64,000 bases of DNA from Camelus dromedarius (lineage: Eukaryota): assembly GCF_036321535.1 (NCBI RefSeq), contig NC_087443.1, positions 28,644,001 to 28,708,000 of the forward strand, written 5' to 3'. The translations under genes were made by a program, and so were the position numbers. The notes under the pieces were generated by a model. That model was not told the origin of the DNA. It ran no database searches and saw nothing but the letters and a program-made list of their open reading frames with translations. Below are positions 49,513 through 63,200 of the stretch, in pieces (position 1 is the stretch's first letter; each line of letters opens with the position of its first letter).

Positions 49513-50857
49513 TTCTCATCTGTCTCTCTACCCAGCTTCTTGCATTCCATAAACAGTTCACAGGCTATGGCTCCAGTTTGCCTGGATGCTGAGCTGATGG
49601 TGATGCTATGTGAATATGACCACGACATAACTTGTCTTTATAAATATCCATTCCTTGCAGGCTTGTGAAACTACTCACTTGAAATCTGAGTCTGTTTGGC
49701 AGGGAGACAGGGACAGGGCAGCTGTAAGTTGGCACAGTTACCCTAGGCTAGTCCATCGAAAGCCACCTCACTTAAAGGAGGACTAGAAGCTGGTGTGGTG
49801 GTTTAATACCAGGACTGCTAGCAGCTTCCACCTTGTGACCTGGTATTGCAAGGTGATCTGTGAAGAGAGGCTCTGAAATATCATCCGACATGCTCCAAGG
49901 GTATGCTTGCTGCTGCTTAAGTGCTTTGGAGAGGGGATGTCTATTAAATGTGTTCAGTATTCTCCTTTCCTCTTCAATCACATCTTCCCTCACTCTTTTC
50001 TTTTTCTCCCTTCTTGAGGAAATAGCCAATAAGCAATATGTTCTCATAATAATCAGATGAAGTCTCCTCAGACTAATTCATTGAGTAAGCATGAAGACTT
50101 ATGATATGCCTGATGATGGGCTAAGTTATGGAAATATGGAACTGAAAAATACTGTTTATGTGATGAATAAGATAGTGGTTGGACAAACACGTAAAATAAA
50201 AAGTTATTAGTACTATTCTTGAGCTATTTGCAAAATGCTATAATTGATAACTCTTAAGAAATTATCAGAAACAGTGGAAAATCAATAATAATTTTTGTAT
50301 AATAAAAAAACTTTCTCAAGCTTAATAAGAGTAGACCTACCAAGGATTCACTACCTAGAAGGTAAACTCATGAAGGAGATCAACATTTAACTACATCCTG
50401 AAGAACTTTAATTTTTTTTTCAGTAGTTGTCTTAGTTTGAATAAAGATTCTAAGCAGAAGAAAACAGTGATCATTTCTGGAAGAAAGCTTCCCCTTGTAA
50501 GAATCATTATTATTGTTTAAATGGTTTAAATTACTATTGTTTGGTTGTGTAACTCTAGTTCATTACAGAACAAAGTAATGCCATTTTTAAAATGCTTTAT
50601 ATTTTTCCTGGAGTTTCTAGTTGCTTTTATTTTATTCTTGAAGTTTTTTCCCCCCACTTTCTCTTAGGCCTTTAATACAGATATCCTTCTGGTTTTTCTT
50701 TGTATAATTCTCTTGAGTTAAATGCACTGGTTCTTTGTAGGCCCCTTCACAATACTTCTGTTATAGATCTTTACCTAGTATATAGTTACTTGGCCAGCTG
50801 AACGCAAAAATAAAAATCAGTCCATCATTAATTGACACATAACCTCAAGTAGCTTTC

Positions 50858-51300
50858 CCTGTCAGCTTGGATTAGGTGCATCTGCATTTAAGAGAATGTT
50901 TAAACCTTAATGTAACTTAACCAAAATCAAATTTTACTTCTCTATTACAAAGAGAAATTTGGAAGTACACAGTACAGAGCTGGTACGGTGGGCTCAGGGA
51001 CATAGTTTTCCCATCTTTATTTTCTATTCTCCTCCAACTGTGACTTTCACTCTCAAGGAAGCCAAAATGAATATTAGAGCTCTAGTGACCATATCTACAA
51101 ATTAAGAGGAAGAATAAGAGGGCAACAATCCTTCTCTTTTAACAGTATCTCCATGAAGGCCCCCTATAACATATCCAATACAAAACATTGGCCAGAACTT
51201 GGTCATACAGCCATCCATAGCTGCAAGGGAGGCAGAGGAAGGAATTTTTTTCTTTTTTTGCTTAGCTGGAATATGTCTAAGTAAAAACTGTTTTCTGTTG
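50858..51300 (-). mobile_element. MaLR LTR (MLT1J/I-like)
   Basis: tgtcagcttggattaggtgcatctgc...cattggccagaacttggtcatacagccatccatagctgcaagggaggc. Confidence 0.75.
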
Positions 51301-51339
51301 CTGGGCTAGAAAAAACAGAGAAAATGGATCATTGTGGGG

Positions 51340-52150
51340 AACAGAACTCTATCCCTTTCATGTCTGAAGATACCTTTACTTTGATCTCAACATTTGTTTT
51401 GTATTTTGGCAAAATATAAAATTCCAAGGTGAAAATCATGTTCATTGGAACTTCAAGAATGTTTTTCTACCAACATCTAGCATTCACTATTATGACAGTA
51501 GATTTGTCCTACAGAGGTGTCATATTTGTCTGATTTGTTTATTTTTAGTTTTTGCAAGATTTTAGTTCTTTATCCTTAACGTTCTGAATGTTCACAATGA
51601 TTTTTCCACTTATTTTCATTTATCATATCCTTTAGCTCTTCAAATTTGTGTTTCATTATTTATTTGAATATTTTCTTTTATTCATTTCCTATACATTTTC
51701 TTTCTATAACTTCTATTAATTGAATATTAGACCTCTTGGATTGGTCCTCTTATCTTTTCTGTCATATTCTGTCTTTACTTGTTTCCATTCTACTTTATGA
51801 AGGAAGATATTCTGGAATTTTTTTTTTCAATCCTTCAACCAAATTCTTCTACTAAATGTTTGTTTTATTAACAATATTTTCATCATCAAGATCTCATTCT
51901 TGTTCTATGACTCATCCTTTTCCATAGCCTCCTATCATATTGTGGATGAAATATCAGCTCACATGACTCTGAGGATACTAAAAAGGGTTTTTGTGTATTT
52001 CCCCCTATTCTTGACAATCTCTCTTTCCTCTGAGACCCCTTTTTTTTCATTTTCTTTATCTTAGAATCAATCTTATGTTACACTTTTTTCTTCAAATATT
52101 TAGAGATTCTTGATTTTCCATTCATATTTAAGAATAAAAACATGTAAAAA
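51340..52150 (-). mobile_element. Ancient L1 ORF1-region remnant
   Basis: T-rich; tgaatattagacctcttggattggtcctc, ttgttctatgactcatccttttccatagcc. Confidence 0.6.
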
Positions 52151-52207
52151 TTTCAGTTAACATAGCTCATGAGAGAAACTCTCACCAGTGCAAACATAAA
52201 GTGTTGG

Positions 52208-52208
<1 letters not shown>

Positions 52209-52240
<32 letters not shown>
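52209..52240. repeat. (AC)16 microsatellite
   Basis: Direct reading. Confidence 0.95.
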
Positions 52241-52242
<2 letters not shown>

Positions 52243-52759
52243 GTGCTTGAAGATAAGAAAGAATATCTTTCAAAACAAAAACAAAAAACAAAACCCCCAA
52301 AACTCAAAGCCAAAGCTGAGTGTGAAAACAAAAAGCATATGGCCCACAGGGATGTAGGATCTAAGCATAAATGCCAAGAGGAGGAGGTTTTAGAACCCAA
52401 GCCTTTAAGCACAATGAACTGAACTTGGGCTCCTAAGAAGGCTCTGAGCCTGAAACTGCATGACATGGGATCCAACCAACTGCTTTGAACAGTAATGTGG
52501 TAAAAGATTCATTCACACACAATTGGAAACCCAACTCTGTGCAGTGGGAGATGTGTAGTTCAAATCTGCACTTCACTCCTAGGTAGAGAATTATAAGCAG
52601 AAAATAAACGTAATACCTGCTCTAGAAATGGTAATACCCATGGGTTCCTAGCAAAGGCAAATTTGGAATTGCCCAGTAGAGATACTTGATGCATAGAGCA
52701 TCAGGTGTGATCTTGGCAAGCAAATATCAAGAAGAAGAGGAAAAAGAAGACAAGAAGGA

Positions 52760-55185
52760 AAAGGAAGAGGAGATAGAGAAGAGGGAAATTATAAAGAAAA
52801 AATTTTAGTGAGATTCAGCCAGTACAACCACCAGGCAAATTGCACCCCATGAACAACACGTAATAAACCAAGTAGAAAGTAAGTTTTTATAAAAGGAGTA
52901 GAGGAAGGAAAATCTGGAAAAAATAAATTTCTAAAAGTTAAAAAAATAGCTAAAATTTTCCAATTTTGATGAAAATTATAAACTCACAGATTTGAGGAGC
53001 TCAACAAACCCTAAAAAGAATAAACGAAAAGAAACCTCACCGTAGCACATCATAATCAAATTGCTAAAAACCAGTGGTAAAAAATCTTAAAAGCTGTCAG
53101 GAAAAAAAGCCACACTGTATACAGAGAAATGAGGTAAGAATGACCGCAGACCAGAAATGATGCTAGACGGAGTGCAGTGAAATGACATATTTAATGCACT
53201 GAAGGGAAAAAGTGTCAACCTACAACTCCATATCCAGTAAAAATATCCTTCAGAAATGAAGGTGAAATAAGGCCATTTCTAAACAAGCAAGAGCTGAGAA
53301 AGTTTATCACAAGCAAAACCACACTGTAAGAAATGTTAAAGGAAGTTTTTCACACTAAAGAATAATGTCTCCAAATGGAAACTCAGATTGACACAAAGAT
53401 ACAAAGAACACTGGAAACTCATATTTACAGAAGGAATGAAGAACACTGGAAATAGCAAATATGGGAATTAGAAATATATGTGTGTAAATCTTTTAAGCAT
53501 GTATTCAAAAGATAACTGGCAGTTTAATAAAAATAAAAGTGCATTATGCATTTTATAAATATGTACAATAACAGCACAAAGGACAGGAGGAGGGAATGGA
53601 AGTCTCTGCTGTAAGGCAGTACACTGCATGGGAAGCAAATAGTAGTTAAAGACATACTGGGAACCGTAGAACAACCAAGCCAAAAAAAGGTCAACAGGAA
53701 TACATAAACTGCTAAATTAATCAGTAAGAAGGAAAAGATAACACAGGGTCAGAAAACAAATTGTACAAATAGAAAGCAAATAGCCAGATGGTAGAATTAA
53801 AAACAAATATACTGATAATTCCATTATATGTAACTTACCTAGACACTCCATTAGAAGGCAGAGATTGTTCAACTTTTTTAAAAGCAAGCAGCAACAATGT
53901 GCTATGAATCAGAAAATAATTTTAAATACAAAAACCCAAGTTAAAAGGATGGAAAAAGATAAATCATACTAATACTAAAGAATGATATTAATAACAAAGC
54001 AGATTCAGGATGAGGAATATAATCTGAAATAAGACAGAACACAAAATTTAAAAAGACAAATACATCAAGAGTATATTAATAAATTCTAAATGAGTAAATA
54101 GCACCTAATAACAGAGCTTTACAATATGTAAAAATTTACAGACTAAAAGAATATATAGAAAAATTTGCAATTATAGTTGATCATACATCTCTTAGTAATT
54201 AATGAAAATGTATGTATAGATTCAGTAAGGACATAAAGGACTTGAACAAAAATACAAGCCAACTTGTATTAGTTATCTTCTCTAGGATAATATATTAACA
54301 ACAGCAGTAGACACATTCTTTTCAACTGCGCACACAACATCCACCAAGCTGGACTATATGCTAAGCTCAAACACTTGAAGGATCAAGGTCACACAGAGTA
54401 CATTTTCTCATACATACACACACATTTAATAGGAAATAAACACCAAAAATAATTTGGAAAATACTCAAATATTTGGAAGTTAAACAAGGCACTTCTAAAT
54501 AATCCGTAAATCAAAGAAGACATCACAAAGAACAGTATTAAGTATTTTTAAAGGAATGACATAAAAATCACTACATATCAAAATGTGAGGGGGAAGCCAA
54601 AACAGTATTTAGAAAGAAATGTATTGCTAAGTTTGACTAGAAAAGAAGACAATTTAAAAATCAATTATCTAAAGTTCCCACATTATCAACCTAGTAAGAG
54701 AAAAGTAACTAAAGGTAACTGAAGGGAGAAAATAACAAAGAATGGAAAATAATGAATAATGAAGTGGAAACTCACTTTCTCAAAAAAGAAGATCTATGAA
54801 TGTCCAACAAGTAAATGAAAACATGCTCAAAATTACTAATCATCAGGGAAATGCAAGTAAAATCACAATCCTATAACACTACATTTGAAATACAATGGCT
54901 GAAATGTCAAAAGACTGATAACACTAAATGCTGGCTTACATGTGGAGTAACTGAATTCTCACACATTGCTGTTGGGAGTGTGAAATGGTACAACTTCTTT
55001 GGAAATAATTTGTAAGTTTTAAATGAAGCTAAACATACTCTGAGCACATAACCCAGCAATTACCCAGCTAAGTGTTTACTGAAAGTTAAAGTTATTTCTC
55101 TCTCTCTATCTATCTATATCTATCTTCAGAAAAAGGTAGGATCAAGAGGGTTCATAGCAGCACTCTTCAAAATATCTCAAACTGC
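52760..55185 (+). mobile_element. Ancient L1 (ORF1, ORF2 5' part and a 3' fragment)
   Basis: gagctcaacaaaccctaaaaagaataaacg...cacatcataatcaaattgctaaaaaccagtgg; ctccatatccagtaaaaatatccttcagaaatgaaggtgaaataagg. Confidence 0.85.
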
Positions 55186-56590
55186 AGTAATCAACCAGTT
55201 TGGTAATGGCATAAAAATAGACATCTACAGCAACAAGACAGAACAGAAGGCCCAGAAATAAACCCTCGCATGTATAGTCAGGTGAGTCTCAACAAGGATG
55301 ACAAGTTCTTTCAGAGTTTGTTTCCCACCCCCAAAATTGTGCTAGGACAACTGGATGTATCTACATGCAAAGGAATGAAGTTGGATCTTTACTCCATATT
55401 ATATACAAAAATTAACCGAAAATGTTAACAAAGACTGAAACAAAGAGCTAAAATTATAAAATTCTAGAAGGAAACATTAGGGGGAAATCTTCAAAATACT
55501 GAATTTGGCAATGCTTTCTTGTATATGACACCAAAGGCAATGACGAAAATAGATAAATTAGACTTCACCAAAATTTAAACTTTTGTGAAACAAAGGACAT
55601 TATCAAGAGAGTGAAAAGGCAACCCACAGAGTGGGAGAAGATATCTGAAAATCATATATCTGATAACAGATGATAATCATATCTGATATATATCCAGAAT
55701 ATATAAAGAACTCCTACGACTCAATAAANNNNNNNNNNNNNNNNNNNNNNNNNNNNNNNNNNNNNNNNNNNNNNNNNNNNNNNNNNNNNNNNNNNNNNNN
55801 NNNNNNNNNNNNNNNNNNNNNNNNNNNNNNNNNNNNNNNNNNNNNNNNNNNNNNNNNNNNNNNNNNNNNNNNNNNNNNNNNNNNNNNNNNNNNATTATAA
55901 AACAAAAACAAACAAACAAGGAAAAGACCTGGTAATTGGAACCCTTATGTATTGGATGGACATGGTACAATTGCTGTGAAAATATAGTATGGCAGATGCT
56001 CAAAAAGTTAAACAATAGAATCACCTTATAATTCCGTCATTCTACCGCTACCTCTATATATTCAACAGAATAAAGCAGGGACCGAAACATATACTTGTAC
56101 ATCCATGTGCATAGCAGTATCATGCTCAATAGCCAAAACGTTGCAGCAATGCACATGTCCATCAATATGAATAGATAAACAAAATGTGATATATACATAG
56201 AATGGAATATTATCTGTTAAAATGAATGGAATTCTAATACATGCTGCAATATGGATGAATCTTGAAAATATTACGCTAAGTGAAATAAGCCAGACATAAA
56301 AGGATAAACATTGTAATGACTCCACTTCTATGAGGTATGTAGAATAAGCAAATTCATAGAGACAGGAAGGATAATAAAGCAACTAGGGGCTGGGGAAAGA
56401 AGAACTAGGGAGCTATCGTTTAACAGGTTTGGGATTTCTGCATAGGATAGTGAAAAGTTCTGTAAATAGAGTGATGAGGATTGTACAACATGAATGTACT
56501 TAATGCCACTGATGTATATACCTAAAAATGGTGAAAATGGTGAATTTTATATTATGTATATTTTACTACAATAAAAGAATAAGAAAAAAA
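55186..56590 (+). mobile_element. L1MB-like 5'-truncated element (contains N run 55729-55893)
   Basis: ORF2 end plus 3' UTR gatgtatatacctaaaaatggtgaaaatggtgaattttatattatgtatattttactacaataaaag. Confidence 0.85.
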
Positions 56591-56716
56591 ATCTCCAAAT
56601 TTGATAAAAGGCAAGTGTCCACAAAGGAAAATGGAGAAACAAACTGTGGTATCTTCATACACTGGAATACCATTCAGTAATAAAAAGCAACAATATAGGT
56701 AACTATCACAAATATA

Positions 56717-57335
56717 CTTCTGGACATATATCCAGAGGGAACCTTAATTCAGAAAGAACCCCAATGTTCAGAGCACCACTATTTACAATAGCCAAGACAT
56801 GGAAACAACCTAAATGTCCACTGACAGGTAACTGGATAAAGAAGCTGTGATATATTTATACAATGGAATATTATTCAGGCATAAAAAGAATAAAATAATG
56901 CCATTTGCAGCAACATGGATAGACCTGGAGACTGTCTTTCTAAGTGAAGTAAGCAAGAAAGAGAAAGAAAAATACCATATGATATCACTCATATATGGAA
57001 TCTTAAAAAAAAAAAAAGACAAATGAACTTATTTACAAAACAGAAATAGATTCAAAGACATAGAAAACAAACTTATGGTTACCGGCCGGTGGGGAGAGTG
57101 GGTGGGAAGGGATAAATTGGGAGTTCAAGATTTGCAGATACTAACTAATGTATATAAAGTAGATAAACAACAAGTTTATACTGTATAGCACATGGAACCA
57201 TATTCAATATCTTGCAGTAACTTATAGTGAAAAAGAATATGGAAACAAATTTATGTATGTTCATGTATGACTGAAGCATTATGCTGTACACCAGAAATTG
57301 ACACAACATTGTAAACTTACTATTCTTCAATAAAA
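56717..57335 (+). mobile_element. Camelid-type L1 3' end
   Basis: gggataaattgggagttcaagatttgcagatactaacta...gcattatgctgtacaccagaaattgacacaacattgtaaac...ttcaataaaa. Confidence 0.93.
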
Positions 57336-57340
57336 TGTAT

Positions 57341-57366
<26 letters not shown>
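57341..57366. repeat. (AC)13 microsatellite at L1 tail
   Basis: Direct reading. Confidence 0.95.
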
Positions 57367-57369
<3 letters not shown>

Positions 57370-57371
<2 letters not shown>

Positions 57372-57672
57372 CCCAAATACAGTACTGAGCAAATGAACCC
57401 AAACACAGAATAAGTATACGCTATACGACTCCATTTATATGAAGCGCATGAAAAAGGAAAACTCTAGTGACAAAAATAAATGAATTAATGAGTAGGGTTG
57501 GTGGTTCTGGCTGTAAAGGAGAGTAAGGGAATTTTTAGGGGTAATGGGAATGTTTTATATCTTGAATGGCACTGTGATCACACAGGTGAATGTGTCTGGC
57601 ACAATTCAGTGAACTCTAAACTTATGATGAAGTCATTTATCGTTTCACTGTATGTAAATCATACCTCAATAA
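57370..57672 (+). mobile_element. Ancient L1 (L1MC/ME-type) 3' UTR
   Basis: gactccatttatatgaag...gggtaatgggaatgttttatatcttga...cactgtatgtaaatcatacctcaataaa. Confidence 0.8.
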
Positions 57673-58959
57673 AATGGATGGAAGAAAGGAGGAAAGGGGA
57701 AAAATTATACAGCGATAGCAATTAGAATAGGGTAATATTGGCATAAGAAAGGGTTATTACACACATTGAATAATATTTCAGAGGACCCTGAAATAATTCC
57801 ACGTATCTACACAAATTTGGCAGTGTCAGAGATGGCCCCCAAAAGGAGAGAAAATTCAAAGTGGAACAATGAGCCAGCCATGTAATCAAAAAGTCTACTA
57901 TCCCTGCATCACACCACCACACGGGAAATTCTGGATGGACTGGACACCTAAATAGGCAAGAAAAAACTTTACAGCTTTTATAAGAAAATATAGAATAACT
58001 TCATGAGTTCAAGGCATTGAAGAATTACCCCAGACGTATCAGAGCCCCGGTGCTTCTCCCATAGATAAATTTTATAGATATTAAGACATCTGATCACATC
58101 AAAAGACAATAATATTAAAAAGCTAAACCAAAGACTCACAAAAGACTATCTGTAAACACCTTAAAGCCAAGTTTTCCTATCTAGATTATTCAGGGAGTCC
58201 CAAGAGTCTCAGGCAATCCCAAGAGTCTTCGTGCAGTGTTAAGCTTTAATCGTTTCACAGAAGTGCATATGCTACTAACTTACAGTTATAAGAGCTGAAA
58301 AGTTAACTATCACTATTTTAAAATTTGATATGTTTCTTTTTAAAATTCAGTGTAACTGCTGCCTTGTGCTACACATCACTCAAGTCAACTTTCAAACTTC
58401 ATGAAATCTCTCCTCAGCAGCCACTCAGAGATAAAATTGCATTTATAGTTCTGGCTTCACAATCCTCCAGAGAAGGAGGTTTTGATGATTACATGATGGA
58501 CAGTTTGAACATGACCCCATGAGGAAAAGTCTAATGGAGACAAGAGCAGGTGACCTAAGCAGGCAAGCAAGAGGTTTCCTCCGCTGAGACACTGTCTGAG
58601 AAAGTGTCATCAGAAACTACGGCATCCAAATAAGTTAAAATTTAAAAACTGCTTTTCAAATCCACAAAAATAAAGAAGCAGAAGAGCAATGTAAATAATT
58701 ATACTGTCAAATGATGTATCTGTAACTGTGGAGCATTTAAACTCCTAGAGTCATTAAAGCTTAAAACTTTACTAAGACTTGAAACACTCTGACTAATGAA
58801 TACATACAAATTTCCAACTCAAAATGCTTATTTTTCTTCCTCTCCACATTGTTATATCAGCTGCTTTTTATATATGTGCAGATATATATTAATAGATATA
58901 TATGCATTCATGATCATATATTTTTGATTCAGCATCTCTTTTAGCAGTAATATACCATC

Positions 58960-59446
58960 CGTATTAGTTAGGGTTCTCCAGAGACACACAGTCAGTAAGA
59001 TATATCTATATCTATAGATATAGATAAATATTTCTTATACAGAATTGGTTAATGTGACTATGGAGCCTGAAAAATCCAAAACTTGCCATCTGTGAGTTGG
59101 AGACCTAAGAAAGCAGGTGATGAAACTCAACCCAAATCTGAAGGTCTGAGAATCAGAAGAACCAATGGTGGGTAAATCTCAATCCAAGGGCAGGAGAAGA
59201 TATGAGATGTCCAGCTCAAGCAGTGAGGCAGAAATAAAGGGGCAAATTCCTCCTTCCTCTACCTTTTGTGCTATTCAGGCCCTCAATGGATTGGATGATA
59301 CTCACCCACATTGGGAAGGGAAATTTGCTTTACTGAGTCCACCAATTCAAATGTTAATCTCATCCAGAAACAGCTTTACAGAGACATCTAGATATAACCT
59401 GGGCAACTGTACCAGTCAAGTTGACACATAACATTGACATCATCCA
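58960..59446 (-). mobile_element. MLT2 (ERVL) solo LTR
   Basis: gtattagttagggttctccagaga...ttcaggccctcaatggattggatga...caagttgacacataacattgacatcatcca. Confidence 0.9.
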
Positions 59447-60390
59447 TTTTGTTCCTTAGGGATGTTAAGTAGAAAAGAAAGAGGGTGTAGAACATTGCAT
59501 ATGGAACCACTAGTATAAAGAGAAGGGATTATGTATATAACACACATACCCACATTTATGTACATACATACATACACTAGTTCTCAGGCCTCCTTAGGTG
59601 GGGAGAAATAGTGCTTTATAATTAGGAGGGAACAGGCAAATGTGGTGTTCATTCTCACATACAGGCACTGACAAACAAAAGCCCATAGTTTTTCCCAGTT
59701 TCTTCCAAACTGTGTAGAAGAGGAAAACAACTTTCATGAGAACTAAAAAACCACTGGGGATTGCTTTTAATAGCTAAATGGGTAAAATGTAAACATAAGA
59801 GAAACCATCACAGATAACACTTAGCTTGCAGTAATGATGCCAGTTACAAACCACAGTTCAGAATTTTTAGCTGTAAATTAAACCAGTGTTAAGTGTTGAC
59901 AGGACTAAGGATTTTAAAATATACATCAAATAAGTGATGTCCAAATTTCTCCCAATCTTCCCCAAGGTGTGTGACCAAGTTAGGATTGGGGTTACAGTAG
60001 TCTGAAATGAAATGTGTTATCCAAGGCAACTGCGGACATCAAAGGATTAAGGCAAGTAAAGGTCTGGATAGAAGTGTCAAGACTTAAGGTAGAAGAGTCA
60101 GGCCAGGAAGAATGTCTGGAAAATTAGTAAAACTAAACTAGAATTAATGGTCAAAATTAGAAGTGGCACTAAGTCAGACATACAGCAAGGAATATAGAGT
60201 CAGAGACACAAGAACAGATAAAACACATGGGAAGCAAGAAGGGAAAGGAGAATTTCTGAGTGATTACATAGAAAACATGCTGGTCTAGCTTATAAGCATC
60301 TACTTAAGCACAGGGCATGAGACATAGAAAGTGTGTTTGTTGGCTTTGATGCTCTAAGGATAAAACAGAATAGGTTAATATAGTGCTGTG

Positions 60391-60597
60391 CAGAGCCAAA
60401 CTGGAGCCTGGGCAAAAGGAAACGTTTTTATTGAACATGTGATTGTCTTGTTCATCATGAAATGTTTTATACTAATTTTTTTTAAAGATATTGCATTAAA
60501 GTATTATTTATTTTGATTACTGAGAGTTTTGGTGCCCACTTACATTTGTACCCAAGGTGAGTGCCTGGCTTGCCTCACCCTAGTTTATTCAGCTTTG
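60391..60597. mobile_element. hAT-Tip100-like DNA transposon remnant (subfamily uncertain)
   Basis: aagatattgcattaaagtattatttattttgattactgagagttttggtgcccac...ccaaggtgagtgcctggcttgcctcaccctag. Confidence 0.6.
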
Positions 60598-61629
60598 GTG
60601 AATAAACAGAAACTAGAAAAAATGTTAAGTTCATTCCTTCTAATTATGGTGACTACATAAAGTAAGTGCAAAGCCATAAATGACTATTACCAAGGGAAGA
60701 TATGACACATGAAAAATACCACCCATGAAGTCTACCCAACACTAAAGCAGTATACAAATGAGTGTATGAAACTCAGCTATAAAATGGTGACAGACTTCAG
60801 CATCCCCATTCTAGGAATGACGTAAACATCATTCTTCGGTCTGTTTCAAAGTAGTCAACTTGAGAGACTATGCCTTGACTCCAAGATTGAAATTGATCAC
60901 CTAAAACATTTTCCAAATTTCCTTTTTGAAAATGCCTTCAGAATTTTCAGTTTATCATGTAATTATTTACACCCCAGTAACACTTCATTTTGCAAAGCAC
61001 TTTCATATACAGCATATCTCACAAAATCACTAAATTCCAAGTTTGGAGAGACATGGGTGATCCCCTCTATCTCCAATGGTGTTGGCTTCAGCTGCCTTTG
61101 GACAGTTTCTACTTCCTCCTTTACCTGGCACAGGAAGTGAAGATCAGCCAGAGGAGCAAAGGGGGAACAGAGCAGAAAGAGAACCTGGGCCTTTTGGTTC
61201 TGGGGCAGCACTCACAACCATCTGCTAAGATGGAGTTTTCCCAGACTTTAAACACAACAAATGATTGCCTGACCTAAAGCGGAAACCAGGATGTGAGATT
61301 TCTAGGCAATTAGTTCTTTCAAGACATTATGCCACGTGTTCATACAAAGTCTTCAAAAATTTTACATTATACAAAGTATTTTTCACTTGAAGGTAACCTG
61401 GATTTATTTATAGTGTGCTTTAAAAAAATTTTTATCCCAGAGAATGAAGTGAGTCATAGAATTATGGAATGCTGTTTTTCTTTTTGTTCTCACTTAGCCT
61501 CATCTTATGAATGGTTTGTAAAAGTTCTAAAATTTGTTCTAAAAGAGTTTCAAAACAGTTTTAAGCAATATCTCCATCATCAGAAAAACGTGAATTTTAC
61601 AAAGTAAGAGAATGCCTTTCACAAAACAT

Positions 61630-61830
61630 TGCAGCAGCGAAGAGCATGGACTCTGGACCCAGAAAACCAGAGTTAACTAACATCCTGGAATCTGCAACTA
61701 CTACCTGTACGTGACCCAGTCCACAGTATTGAGCCTTTCAGGGCCTTACTTTCCTTATTATTAAAATGGGGATAAGAGCACTGACCTGATGGGGTTGTTA
61801 TGTAATTAAATTAATTAATACATGTAAAAA
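61630..61830 (+). mobile_element. MIR SINE
   Basis: gaagagcatggactctggacccagaaaacc...tgagcctttcagggccttactttccttattattaaaatggggataag...gggttgttatgtaattaaatta. Confidence 0.85.
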
Positions 61831-62549
61831 GTCTTTATGTCATTTGTGTAAGTGATAATGACCATTACTTAACCAGAGTCATAAATGCTGTACCCTATTC
61901 CTGACAGGAAAAATATCTCATTATTTTACAGTCACCTATCCAAACTTTTGAGGAAGTTTTGAGGCTACATTAAAAAGTTAAAATAAGTTAGTTCCATTCA
62001 TGTTGGATAAAATATTAATTTAATAATATCTGAGAAGCATTAGTTTTATAAAAATTACTACCCTGCCTTTCAATTTCTCTTTTAATCTTGCTTTGTATAT
62101 ATTTTGTTACTGTAATGGTATATAAGAAAAGAGAAAAACTTCCACTTCTGCACATACAGTCTCTGATCCAGGACACACACGTGTGTCCACAACTAAATCC
62201 GCACAGCCTGCTGGCTGCATGGGGTATGACTCGAGAGGGCCCTACACATCTGATGTGCATCTCAAGTCCACCCAAGTTCCAGCTGCTGCAAACGTCTTGT
62301 CATTCTGTTTCCTGACATTCACTTTCCTTTCCTGCTTCGTTGGTTAACCCATCTCCATTGCCGATGTTTCATGCCTCCACCTTGTACATTGTTCTGAGAC
62401 GGAATAAAGTAGTTTGCTTGATCTAGGTTAAAGACAAGGAGTGGAAAATGTTCAGGGGAAAATCCCTTTGATGAGACTCATCCTGTTTAATATGCAATAA
62501 TATGTCTGTAAACACAGCCTGATGGGCCTCTGTAAACTGCAACCATTCT

Positions 62550-63200
62550 TTCATTCATTCATAAAATAATTTTATTGAGTGCCTGTACATGCAAGGCACC
62601 CTTTAGCCTCAGACCAAAACAAGTCCTTCCCTTCGTTTGGACAAAAAAATACGCCCCCAGTAAATGTATGTCAAGTGGTGCCAAGCACAGCAGAGGAGAA
62701 CAAAGCAAGGTAAGTGGAGTGTGATGGGGGCCAGGGTGCTACTTCAGATAGAGTGGTCCCAGAGGCCTCTCTGATGAGGTGGCACTTGAGCAAAGATTTG
62801 AATGGCAAGTACAAAGCCTACTACTGCCCAGTGTGGCTGCAACAGAGAGAGGGGAGAGCGGTGGGAAATGACATTTGCAGTTATTTTTGCCTCGCTGTCA
62901 CGGCTATGGGGACACTGATTTCTCTAGAGCAGATCATATAAGGCCCATGTAAGGTCTTGTAAAAACTCTGGCTTTTACTCCAAGTGGGATATGAAATCAG
63001 TGGTGGGAAGTAGGCAGGGAAGCCAAAGGACGTGATTTAGTGTATTTTTTAAAGAATTGCACTGGCCTCCCTGCCAAGAATAGGCTGTAGGAAGGCAAGA
63101 GTAGAATCAGGAGACTGGTAAGGACATAGCAAGGATGAATGATTCAGGTAAGAAATGATGGCAGCTGGGATCAAGATGTTAACTGTAGACACAGTTGGAT
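62550..63200 (-). mobile_element. L2 LINE 3' part
   Basis: ttcattcattcataaaataattttattgagtgcctgtacatgcaaggcac...gaggtggcacttgagcaaagatttgaatg. Confidence 0.85.

Noticed and set aside
11377-58228. Short spaced direct duplications (tgaagaacacatg 11377/11395; aagaacactggaaa 53404/53439; tcccaagagtct 58198/58217; aatcatat(at)ctgata ~55650/55676)
   Set aside because: Ordinary small duplication mutations; no array or CRISPR-like periodicity.
58450-58522. Protein-like stretch LASQSSREGGFDDYMMDSLNMTP* after a possible acceptor
   Set aside because: Very short, no homolog recognised, not distinguishable from chance.
62415-62425. 11-nt match (tgcttgatcta) to miR-218-5p
   Set aside because: The flanks diverge from the mature miRNA and I see no hairpin; chance match.
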